Below, piece by piece: positions 25,831 to 37,180 of a DNA stretch of 64,000 bases. The stretch lies in NCBI GenBank assembly GCA_013265495.1, contig MU058781.1:5335050-5399049 (forward strand), read 5' to 3'. The notes beneath the pieces are model-generated. The model made no database searches. It saw only the letters and a list, made by a program, of their open reading frames with translations, and was not told the origin of the DNA. The position numbers and the translations under genes were made by a program. Every line of letters begins with the position of its first letter. The first letter of the stretch is position 1. This stretch comes from Vicugna vicugna. Lineage: Eukaryota.

Positions 25831-26049
25831 ATCACTTACTGTACAACCAGTTAGGGTGATTGGATGCATAGAAAAAATGAAGATAGTTTTATTTCATTAA
25901 ACTTGTCTCACTCAAATTCTAACCATTAAAATCAAATCAATGTTCTCTCCTTTTCTCTGTAGCTCCTCAAAATGATGTATATTTTAGTTTGTCTCATACC
26001 TGAAAAAGGTTTTTTTGGTACAGATTTTTAAATTTTTTTGTTTTTTCCC

Positions 26050-27500
26050 CTGGCATTCTTTTTCCTTGTTAACAAAAGAGATGATTGCTTTATCTTTCAT
26101 ATTGAAATCTATTTTCTTCTTGAAGACATTCTTCACAGAGTCCTTTGACTTTTTTGGACTCACTGTCTCCTGGATTTGCTGCACAATTGTCAAACTGAGA
26201 TTTCATTTCAGTATTCTCTAGATTAGTACCTTATGTTTTTGAATCTCATCCTGTCCTTCCTCTTGGGTTCCTTGTATGTTCTGTGAGAACACACACTTAA
26301 GAAACTTGTTAAGGATGCATGGAACATTGAGTTTCTGCATCACTGTGTATCTGTAATCTCAGTTTTGCCCTCACGCTTGATTTTCTAGACTCCAAATCCT
26401 TCTCCCTCAGTAGATGAGACATTACATGGTCTTCTAGCTTTCAGTGTTGCTAGAGGTCTGTTTTCCATCTTATATTTGTTCTTTGGTGATATCTTACTTT
26501 TCTCTCTGGAAAACTTTGGGATTTTTCTCTTTAGCCCTAGTATTCTACAGTTTCTACAGATGTGCATGTACAACCGAGGGTCATTTTATTCAAATTTTTG
26601 ACATTTGTTGGGCTTTTTCAGTTTGTAGACCTGAGTCTTTTCTCAGATCAGAGCACTTTATTATGATAGATAAACAAGATTATACTGCATAGCACAGGGA
26701 AATATATACAAGATCTTACAGTAGCTCTCAGAGAAAAAAATGTGACAATGAATATATATATGTTCATGTATAATTGAAAAATTGGGTTGTACACTGGAAT
26801 TTACACAACATTGTAAAATCATTATAAATCAATAAAAAATGTTAAAATAAAATAAAATGAAAAAAAATTCACCCTATAAACACTAAAACAGAACTGAGTG
26901 GTAATTACATTTCTTTCAGCCCTCACCAGACCAAAAAAAAAAAAAGCACTTTATTATTTTTTTATTACATTCTCTCTTTCATTGTTTTTATTTTAACTTT
27001 TTAAATTGATCTCTTCCATTGTTTTTAGAACTGCTTTTCTTTTCTTTTTTTACAACTGCTTTTAAATACTGAATCTTTTAAAAAACCTCTTTTTACTGAC
27101 TTAATTTTTCTCTTCAATTATCTATGTCTTTTTCTTTTTCATCTGGCTCCCTGGGATGTATCTTCATTTTTATAAATCATATCCCTAATTCCATTCCACT
27201 ATTTAGCTCTTTCACATAATTCTTGAAAATTCTGATAATCATTTCAAATTTCTAGCATTTTTTTCTTGTTCTCTGACTGATCCACTTTACCCCCATAGCA
27301 GTCAGTACTTTCTTTAAGGATGCAATAGCCTCTCAAATCTCTGTGAAGATAATTAGATATTTTGTAAGGTATCTCTCACTGTTTTTGCTGTTTCCTCAGA
27401 AGCCAGTCTGTGTTTATCTGTCTTTATCTTGCTTCTTGTTGATTTTCCTCGAATGCCTGGTGATCCTTTGTTGACCGTTCATACATATGAAGAATGATGT
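26050..27500 (-). mobile_element. Ancient L1/HAL1 ORF1-region remnant
   Basis: Minus ORF 26385-26573 (KRKIPKFSREK...ATLKARR) resembles the ORF1p CTD (KEKILKAAREK...TLQARR); T-rich + strand. Confidence 0.6.
26665..26944 (+). mobile_element. Short young L1 3' end carrying a 3' transduction
   Basis: L1 3'UTR from 26665, first A-tail, 65 bp of non-L1 sequence at 26868-26932, second A-tail; TSD agcactttattat at 26652-26664 and 26945-26957. Confidence 0.92.
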
Positions 27501-28179
27501 TGATTAATATAGATTGGTAGAGTGGATTTCACCAACAAGTGTGTTTACTCAGAAGGCCATTTTCTGAATGGGAGAGCTGACTGTAGCCCTGTGTAAATGG
27601 ATGGATTTGCCACAGTCAAGCTTCCATTTAGCCGGCAAGTTCAGGACCATCACAATTGCCCAAGGAGGAAGAGGAAGAGCTTATCCAGGGGTGGAACTCC
27701 ACTTTGGAGTGGAGCTGGATTTACGTTTATTGAGGAGGCTGTAAATCCCCCACAGGTTGGATTGTACTTCTGCCTCCACCCAAGTCCCCATTCCCTTCAG
27801 GAAGATCTTCTGCTGTCTTCAGGATGCAGTCATTTATGCTCCAGGTGAGGGTAAAGAGCTGCTCTGTATGTGGAGTGGGGAGGGAAGGCCTGAGTGGACC
27901 ACCTGGTCTGTGGTTTATCTGTTATGTAGTTAGCTCCTCTGATCACTGCCCCAGGCCCATGTTTGTTCTCTCTACCCATGGGCCCCAAGCTTGGAGCCTC
28001 TAGGTGAGGATCACAGCTGAAGACTTATCACTTGTGTGTTTTGGCTTGTGCATCACTCTGCTCTAGTACATTGATACGGTCTAATCTGCTCTCTGACTCC
28101 CAGACCTTTATCTAAGTCATTGAAATTTCTGCTGATGACATCCTATTGGTTTTCAGCATTCTAATAAACTTATTCATTC

Positions 28180-29040
28180 TTTTTTTAAACTGAAGTGTAG
28201 TTTATTTACAATATTGTGTTAGTTTCTGGTATACAGCAAAGTGATTCAGAAGAATCACTTTGAATATATATATATATATATATATATTCACTATATATAT
28301 ATATATATTCTTTTTTGTATTTTTTTCCATTATGGTTTATTACAGGATATTGAATATGGTTCCCTGTGCTATATACCTTGTTGTTTATCTATTTTATATA
28401 TAGTAGTTTCTAACTGAAAATCCCAAACTCCTAATTTATCCCTCCTCTATCCCCTTCCCCCTTTGGTAACCATAAGTTTGTTTTCTGTATCTGTGGGTCT
28501 GTTTCTGTTTTGTAAATAAATTCATCTGTGACATATTTTAGATTCCACATATAAGTGATATCATATGGTATCTGTCTTTCTCTTCCTGACTTACTTCACT
28601 TAGTATGATAATCTCTAGGTCCATCCATGTTGCTGCAAATGGCATTACCTCATTTTTTATGGCTGAGTAGGTTGCTTCCAACTCTTGGCTATTGTAAATA
28701 GTGCTGCTATGAACATCAGGATGCATGTGTCTTTTAAAGGTAGAATTTCCTCTGAGTATATATCCAGGAGTGGGGTTGCTGGATCATATGGCAACTCTAT
28801 TTTAGTTTTTAAAGGAACCTCCATACTGTTTTCCATAGTGGCTGTATCAACTTACATCCCTACCAACAGTGTAGGAGGGTTCCCTTTTCTCCACACCCTC
28901 TCCAGCATTTGTTATTTGTAGACTTTTTAATGATGGCCATTCTGACCAGTGTGAGGTGGTACCTCATTGTAGTTTTGATTAGCATTTCTCTAATAATTAG
29001 TGATGCTGAGCATTTTTTTCATGTACCTATCGCCATCTGT
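28180..29040 (-). mobile_element. L1 3' end (older cetartiodactyl/L1MA9-like) with a (TA)n tract
   Basis: Minus ORF 28538-28726 YSAIKNEVMPFAATWMDLEIIILSEVSQ; L1 3'UTR motifs. Confidence 0.92.
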
Positions 29041-29299
29041 ATTAGACTTACTCATTTTTTATATATCTTTATTGACATTTCAATAGGATCTTGGGAGAAA
29101 GGATAGGCAAATACACATGATCTGTCTGTCTTTTTGAACTGAGATTGTACTTATAGGCCTAAAATATTTTATTCAGTCAATAAAGCATTTCTACATTTTT
29201 CTAAAACAGAAAGAGAGGGTATAATTATACTGAATTTTTTCATGGAAAACCTGCAGGTCCAAAAAGTCAGAAGCATTATCTTGTCCATTATTACCTTCC

Positions 29300-29515
29300 T
29301 AATAATTAGAGTATCATAGTAATTAAAAGCCTGGTCTATGAGTCAGACAACCTACATAGACCTTGGTTACTCCACTTACTAGCTAGGTGAAAATGTGCAA
29401 TTACTTAAACTCTTTGGACCTCAGTTTTCTTGTCTGTAGAATGGGGATAATGATACCTTCTTTGTGGGTGTTGTGATAATTCAAGTACTTAGCACAGTGC
29501 CTGGCACGTAGTAAT
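29300..29515 (+). mobile_element. MIR SINE
   Basis: gagtcagaca...ccacttactagct...cctcagttttcttgtctgtagaatggggataat...cttagcacagtgcctggcac. Confidence 0.85.
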
Positions 29516-30989
29516 GTCTTGGTGGTACCCAGCAGCTACAGTAATAGCACTAACATCCCATTTATGAGACGTTCTCCCTGTTATTCTAACTTCTCTTGGA
29601 CACTGTTGTTCTAACTGATCAGAGTTATGAGACCTTTTTTGGGTTTGAGCTTTGTTTGGATGACCTTCAATCCCTGCCATGGGTTTAATCTCCAAATTGC
29701 AGGGAGCATGGTGAAGATAAGAGTACAAATTGAATACAGACGATGGAACAGCATGAACATAATAATAGTTTCCTATGCTTTTGTAGCAAAGATTTTCCAG
29801 CATTTATTTCATGTATTCTTTCAAAACATTATGATATATGTAGTTTAGGTATTTATTGAACATTTATCCGATACACTTTTTTTGGAGCAAGTTAACTTTC
29901 TGGGTGTTAACTTTCTTTTGTGGAAGACAGTAATAGTTTTCCCAATTATCAGAGGATTTTCAAAAGACCCACTGATAGCAAACGTATTTCTCCGAATAAT
30001 GGGGCTTTTGTTTTAAATGATAGATACTTAGTTTTAGTAGCTAAGAGAGGCATGCTTTGGTAAACATAGAGTAAAATGCACTGTCCTACCCCGAGAGTTT
30101 AAACTTTTTGAACTCTCTCTTTTTTTTTTTTTAAATAGGCCAATCCTACATAGAGCTCCAGTATATGAAACAGATGAAAATGGTGCTTTCCTGGTTGAAG
30201 AGGATTTGGGGACAAGAACTCTGTCCATTGGGCAGCCCTTTCCAGCTGCTGCCAACATGGTGGCTGCAGGGCCACATATTCACACCTCTTGGGCTCTAAG
30301 AAACAGAATTTGAAAACACTGATCTGACTTATTCCAAGGACAAGTTTTCCAGTTTCTATGAAAAAGCTACCATTTTTATGTGCCTTCTTTATGTGCCCAA
30401 TCAATGTCCACAGCAGTTTTAATCCTCCTAATAACTGCTCCTGGAAGACACTTATTATCCCATTATTAAGTAAGGAAATCAAAGTTCAAAGAGATGAATA
30501 ACTTACACAACATCCTGCAGTTAATAAACAGAGGACTGGCTTTTTACTTAAGACTGGCTCCAAATTCTGTCTTTCTTCTGCCTCAGAATGAACAAGAAAA
30601 TCTCTAAGCTCCTTTCTAGTGATAAAATTTCATAAGTTCAAGGTATCTTCAAAGACAAGAGTACAAAACATTGACTAAAACAATGAACCCTGAGCCAAAA
30701 TCCTGACAGAGAAGGAACTATAAGTACAAACAAAACACAAAATTTGAGCAGAGATTGAGAAGTCATTTTTAAGTAAATAGCCTTCTTTAGTCCGTTGGCT
30801 CTTCCTAAATTTATTATAGCAAGAAATGTCATTTTAGATGTTTTGCTCCCCAGGATCTTTGCTGTGTTTCCTCATTTTCAAAAAGAACCCTCATTGCTTA
30901 CTTATTTTCCTGTTCGTGGCTACTGGGGTCCTGTTTAGTGTGTGGTTGATGATTTACTTTTGGACCTATTCTGTTCTTTACTGAATTTT

Positions 30990-31300
30990 CTGGGCTCTCA
31001 CATGTGCAAGGCAATGCACTAAATGCCCAGAGGCATAATCCCTGACCTTGAGGCACTTATCATCAGGTCAGAATAAGGGAGACATACCTGTGTGAGATAG
31101 CAAGGAACACACACTACATACACCAGCAAGAAGTACAGAGATTATGGAAGGAATGCAGAGGTGGGAGAGGTCACTGTGCTCTGGTCCAGTCAAGACAGGC
31201 TTTGTGGAGGGAAAGGCACTTTAACTGAGCCTCTGGGATAGGTAGGGCTTTGCACAAGAGAGTGGAGGTAAGGATAATTCCAGGTAGGAAAACAGGCAAC
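30990..31300 (-). mobile_element. L2 fragment
   Basis: ccctgaccttgagg...ggctttgtggaggg...actgagcc...attccaggtagg. Confidence 0.55.
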
Positions 31301-31584
31301 CAGGAGGACCACCTGGCTGGAGAAGAGGGCTGGTGCCTGCCAGCAGCACTGCCTCCTGGCAAGAGCGGAGGTGCTTTCTGCTGACCCTACTTCACTGTGG
31401 GAACACAGGACCGGTAATAGCACCTCATTCCCTATGAGCTGATCTTAGTCTTTGGACAAATAAAAACTAGTGTCTTATAAAAAGGGAGAAAAGAGTGCCT
31501 CCACATATGATGCTTTCCCTTGTGTCTGCATCTCGGGGCAGGAATTGTGTGGGTCAAAATCCTCCTGAAAAAACACTTTGGGAT

Positions 31585-32028
31585 TATATGAGTTTCCTAG
31601 AGCTGCCATATAAAAGTACCACACACTGGATTGGCTTAAAATGACAGAAATGTGTCCTCTCACAGTTCTGGAGGCCAGAAGTCTGAAATCAAGGTACTGG
31701 CAGGGCCAAGCTCCCTCTGAAACCTGCAGGGGAGAGTCCTTCCTCCCTCTTCGAAGCTTCTGGTGGTTTGCTGGCCACCCTCGCCATTCCTTGGTTTTTC
31801 AGCTACAACACTTTAGTCTCTGTTGCATGGCTAAGTCTTCTTCTTGTACATTTCTGTTCGCTTCTTTTAAGCTGTAGTGGGCGAAAGCCCCCATCCCTGA
31901 CTCCAGTGTGACCTCATCTTAACTAACTACATCTGTAGCGACCCTATTTCCAAATAAGGTCACACTCTGAGGCACAGGGTGTTAGGGCTTCAACACATCT
32001 TCTCGGGGGACGCAAGTTAATGCGTAAC
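31585..32028 (-). mobile_element. MaLR solo LTR (MLT1C/D-like)
   Basis: agtttcctagagctgccat...cacagttctggaggccagaagtctgaaatcaagg...gaccctatttccaaataaggtcacactctgagg. Confidence 0.85.
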
Positions 32029-33059
32029 AGGGATGAGCAGGATGATTGTGGATCTCTAAGAGAAGGGTTTTGGCTAAAGAGGAGAGGAGAGAGTTTGAGA
32101 GCCCATTAACATCTGCCTCATAGACTGGTCTTCTGGAGGGGCCCCCATGGACCTGTGTTTGGCTCCTTGGAGAAAATAGTTTCAGATGAAACTGAAAGGG
32201 TGCTTTCCTCAGAAATCTCTGTAAAACTTTGGGGCTGTGAAGCAGTGAATGAAGCACAAAAGCTGCAAGAAGGAGACAGGGGAGGGGAAGCAACCGGGGG
32301 GGAATGGGCCCCCAAGTGGCTCAGAGTACTTGTTTGGCAGTACTCAAGAGTGTCATTAGCACAACTTTGTGATGACAGAGCAGAATGGAGACATTACACA
32401 GACTACCATATAACATCATCTCAATGCTCATGAGATATGTCCCAGCCAAACAGGAAGAATCTGGAATTTGTAGAAAAGAGAATATTTGAAAGAAGTTAGC
32501 TGTCACTTGGTGAAAGAGTAACATACCATATCTGCTACCATAGCTGATGACATAATTGGATATTAGTTCAACTTGAACCCAGTGGCCAAGCTGCAAAACC
32601 AGTCCTGGTGGAAAAATGCCTTACTGTCAGGGTGTCCATAGAAAGGACTTGGTAGGAGAATGATCCTGAACAACCGTGCGCTCACGTGTCCTGTTTTAAA
32701 ATCTCTGATGGATAGAGAACCTCACTTCCTGCAGGCACATCCCCAAATCTTTCAGAATAATCACTGAGGCTTAGGGGGAAGGTTCCATAATCACTATGCA
32801 GAGACAAGCCTAAGAGGGATGTGCTGCTGAGTGTCTCCCTGCTTTGGACAAGGACTCTTTGTTCCCACCCCATGTCCTCCCACCACTGGTATCTGGAGTA
32901 TGGTAGGTCCTTATTTCTTGCCAAATACACAAAACCTGATTTCAACAAAAATAAAACAGAGTGTGCACAGAAAGGCAACAACAAAGGGAAAAATCAGTAA
33001 ATGGTGGCATTTAGCCTCAAATGTAGATAACTATTGTCCTCTCATTAAAAATGTAGTAA

Positions 33060-34440
33060 GAATGAGTAGAAAGACAAATAGAACGAAATTAAAAGTCCAG
33101 AAAGAGACAGAATACATTTAAGGTATGATAAAGGTGGTATCTCAAATAAAGGGGGAAGTTGCACTTCTTAATAAAAGATGTTGGGACAACTGAAAAATCA
33201 TTTGGAAAAAATATGAAATTGGATCCATACATCATACAGAATATCAGGAAAAACTCCAAATGGTTAGAGATCTCAATGTAACAAATGAAATTGATTTATT
33301 TTTCTAAGAAAATGGGTAAATTTCCACTTAGCAGTTGGAAAGCCTTCCTATGACTCACTGTTCAGAAGAAATAAAGGAACAGATTGACAAACTTGTCCAA
33401 GCATTAATACAGTATTTTGTGTGACAAAAACACACGAAAAATGACAAATTTGGGGGAATATCTGCAACTTACTTCAATAAGAGACTAAGCTCCCAAACAG
33501 TTAAAACACTCTTTAAAGAAATCATCATTCACAACAACAACAAAAGAAAAAATTGATGTAAAAATGGTTAAAGTGCACAGGCAGACAATCCATGAGAAAA
33601 TAAAGGAGATGGCCTTTAAAAATATGAAAAACAAGGTTCAATCAATAAGGGAAATTTAGATTAAAATTGTACTGAGCTATTTCTCACCTATCAGATTGGT
33701 GGAAACTCCAAGAGTTGAACAATACATTCTGTTGGCTGGGCTTAAAGCATCTGGCACTTTACATATTGCAGGTGGGAGTGCAAAATGGTGCAGCCTCTAT
33801 GGAGAGGAGTTTAGCAACAGCTAACCAAATTACATATGTATGTACTTTGTGACCCAGCTTCTTGGAAACTGCCTGAAATACACCTACCGCCACCAATATG
33901 AAACATATTTGCGTAAAGCCATTAAACGCAGAATTATTTTGTAATAGCAAAGGATTGGAAATACAAATCTCCATCAGTGAAAACCAATGAGGTTAATAAA
34001 CTAGTAGTAAGGGTCTAGTACACAATGGTGTGCTTGGCAGCCACATAAAAAGAATATAAAAAGAATGAGAGAGTTCTATAGACATGGAGTGTTCTCCAGG
34101 ATACATTGCTAAGTCAAAAACGGTGCAAACAGCTATGCTTATGTATAAAATCAGAGAAAATAAGATTATAAATATACATATACAAATATATTACTTACGC
34201 ATTCATGCATGTATGTGTGCATATGTGTTCTAGTTCTTTTGTAGAAAGAAATACTAGAAGAATACGCCAGAAACTATGGTCACCTATAACAGATGTGAGG
34301 AGGAGTCTGGGGAAGGATAGGAATGGAATGGATAGGAATGGAAATGAGACATCTCCGAGAAAGGCTTTTTACATCGTTTTGATTTTGATTTTGAACCATG
34401 AAGATGTGTTATACAGTGAAAAATTAAATTAAGCAAAAGA
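33060..34440 (+). mobile_element. Old L1ME-like ORF2 3' part and 3'UTR
   Basis: tatgataaaggtggtatctca...ttctcacctatcagattgg...gcaggtgggagtgcaaaatggtgcagcctctatggag...ttgtaatagcaaa. Confidence 0.8.
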
Positions 34441-34669
34441 GAAAAAACTAATAGGTCATTAGACAATCATCAGAACCATCAGAATTCAGACAAACCACCA
34501 TCAGAAATCAGATTCTTGAGTTGAAATTTTCTCTATAAAATGGCAATACCACACAAGCCCTCTGGCACCCAGCAACCCCTGGAGATAGTAATAAATACGG
34601 AGGCTGAGAACTCAGCCCAGGTGCCCCACAACAGGCCTGGAAAGGGATTGCCTGGAAAGAAGCAAAGAC

Positions 34670-34920
34670 TGCTGGCTCTGGAGACATGGAAAACTTGGGT
34701 TGAATCTGCCATTTGGCATTTCCTGGAAGGTGAGTTTAAGGAAGCAATTTATAAATGTCCATCAGCAGATGACTGGATAGAGAAGTTGTGGGTTGTGTAT
34801 ACAATGGGACATTATTTTGAGCCTCTTCCTCATCTGTAAAGGAGCTGCAATAACAGCTTTCACATGGGTCCTGTAAGGATTAAGTGAAATATTGCACAAC
34901 GTAGTCCCTGGCTCACACAA
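34670..34920 (+). mobile_element. MIR SINE containing a ~65-bp internal L1 ORF2 fragment (34752-34816)
   Basis: MIR ggctctggag...ttgggttgaatc and gagcctcttcctcatctgtaaa...aggattaagtga flank taaatgtccatcagcagatgactggata...tatacaatgg. Confidence 0.8.
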
Positions 34921-35699
34921 AATTAGTCTCATCTTCCCTCTTTGTGGAAGGTCTCTAAATCCTAGGGACAAGAGGTGACCATGAGGCCAGGAAGCCTGTA
35001 GCCCACAGAGGAGATGACTCAGGAAGGAGTGCACTTTGCTTTACGGCATACCTCTGATTAGGTGCTGGTCTCCCAGACCCACTGGAAACAGAAAGGTCTC
35101 CTGGAGGGCCTGCTGAGTACGGGGCCCCAGGAACACTTGTCCAGGGACCCAGAATTTCAACCCAGTCACTTTTGACCTCCACTGTCTGCTTCCTTTTTCC
35201 TCTGCAGTGTGGTTTCCCTTCCTTCATGAAATTATACAGAAATTGCTGTGAAGGAGATTCAATTTCTTTGGTTCCTTTTGACCTTTGACTGAGAAAAGTG
35301 ATTCAAAGTCTGCAACAGGGGAAGAAATAAGCTTTGAAAAGTGCCCACAGGAGATTTGAAAACCTTTGAGCACAGTTTGGATGCTACTAGGGACCAGACC
35401 TGGGATTATTTGTTTATTCATATAATTCTGTCTCAGGAAGAAGCAGAGACGCAGATTAACCTCCCATTTCCTGGGACTGTTAAGATCTGTGCAATTGAGG
35501 GTCAAAGAAGGGCTGGAGATGCTGATGGAAATCAAGGGGCCCCTGGTCTTGGTTCCAAAGTCAAGTTGCTTCTAGTAGATAATGATTCCAGGTATGACAA
35601 TCAATTTCTGAGTCTGACTGACAAGGGAAAAAGAAAAGACAAACCCCAAAACAATGTTTGGTTAAATCAGTCTTGAAGCCAGACTGAATGATGGACTGA

Positions 35700-36020
35700 G
35701 CATTCATTCATTCATTCATTCACTTCACTCATCAAATAAACATGTATTGAGTACCTGTTACACAAACTTACATGCTAGTTGGGGAAGATAGAAATTAAGA
35801 AACCTGATTAAGGTACTTGCCATGGTCTAGAGAATTAAAATCAGAAGGGATTTTGGATTCTTACATTTGGAAAGAATCTTAAAGGTCATTTCACATTACC
35901 CTTCATGTAGCCAATGAAGCAACTAAGGACCAGAACAGTCCTACCCAAAGCCATACAGCTGATTAATAGAACAGCCAGGAAAAGGGTCTCTTAACTCCAA
36001 GTCCAGTGCTATTTCCATCA
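35700..36020 (-). mobile_element. L2 3' end ((CATT)n tail) followed by a MIR
   Basis: cattcattcattcattcatt...tattgagtacct, then gcaactaaggaccag...cccaaagccatacagct...actccaagtccagtgct. Confidence 0.65.
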
Positions 36021-36409
36021 CAACTTGCTGGTTCAGAGGACAATTTTCAAGTGTATGGGAGAGAGAGGGGGGGAAAAAAAGGCTGGAAAATACATACTTA
36101 TTTGATATGGTGAAGCAGGTGAGTTGATAACTTAATTCTCCTCCTTAAAATTCTGTAAGAAGAGAATTCTTTGAAGACAGGTGCTGGGTGGGTAGGGAAA
36201 ATGTATTTAATTAATTATTCCAGGATCCAGTCACAAATATGGGCTTCTTGGAATAACATCCATTATGATCCTGAAGGAAGGCTTCGGCGTGCTTCGCTGC
36301 ACTAATGAAAGATGAGTCACCTTACCATCTTACATACTGGCTTCCTCTTCAAAATATGTCCCTTTGAATAAAAAGGCCTAGCTGTCGTGGTTGAACTCAG
36401 ATTCACTTT

Positions 36410-36423
36410 GTCTCCATGGCAAC
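36410..36423. promoter_or_regulatory. RFX X-box motif, with an AP-1 site TGAGTCA at 36313-36319
   Basis: GTCTCCATGGCAAC fits the X-box consensus GTNRCC/GTYNCC-AT-RGYAAC and lies in non-repeat sequence. Function not shown. Confidence 0.5.
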
Positions 36424-36714
36424 CACAGCAAATCCCCACAAGTTACCAGAAAAGGCACTTGACACCTTGAAGCACAATAGACAGACCCTTTGTATTATAG
36501 CCACTTCTCTCACCGCTAGAAGGGAAGGAGACACCATCAAACACACATTCCACAGCTGCAGGATAAAAACCTCTCTGCACCTGATTGCCAAGTTCAAGAG
36601 TCACTCATGAATATCACTACTTGTAAGCTGACAATTTCAGATGGCTCTCTGACACTCTCCTCCGCCACCCTTAGGCCAAGCCCAAACATAATTGGACCTA
36701 GTTATAATTTAGAT

Positions 36715-37180
36715 CTATCAGAAATTGCTTCGGCTGCATAAGACAGACCATCCAAATGAGCAGTGGCTTAAACACACAAGGTTTTGCTCTTTCACTTAAG
36801 AAGTCTGGAGATAAGCAATGTGATGCATCTATAGCTACTCAGCAAAACCTTTAGGGAAACAAGGCTTCCTCCAGTAAACTGCTCCACCATCCATCCCTAG
36901 GGCATAACTTCCTTCCTCGTGGTGCAAAAGTGATCACAACCTCACTTCGGTGGCAGGTGGCAGGGTGATGTAACCAATGCGTGCCAACTACCTTTCTAGG
37001 CGGTTCCACTGCAGTTGCTACACATTTGTATTAATGTTTCTTTGACCAACACTTAATTACTTGGTTACATCTGGAACCACAAGGGAGGTAGGACAATATA
37101 GTCTTGATTCCTGATACCTCTGTGCCCTTTTAAAAGGCAAAGGTTCTATGAGAAGGATGGAGCAGAGCCATCTGTCCCTG
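36715..37180 (-). mobile_element. Old MaLR LTR (MLT1J/K-like)
   Basis: ggctgcataa...cagtggcttaaacacacaag...gaagtctggagataagca...ctgctccaccatcc. Confidence 0.6.

Noticed and set aside
35206..35676. Strong acceptor and a 111-aa ORF
   Set aside because: The ORF opens well downstream of the acceptor, the peptide is unrecognised and no partner exon was found.
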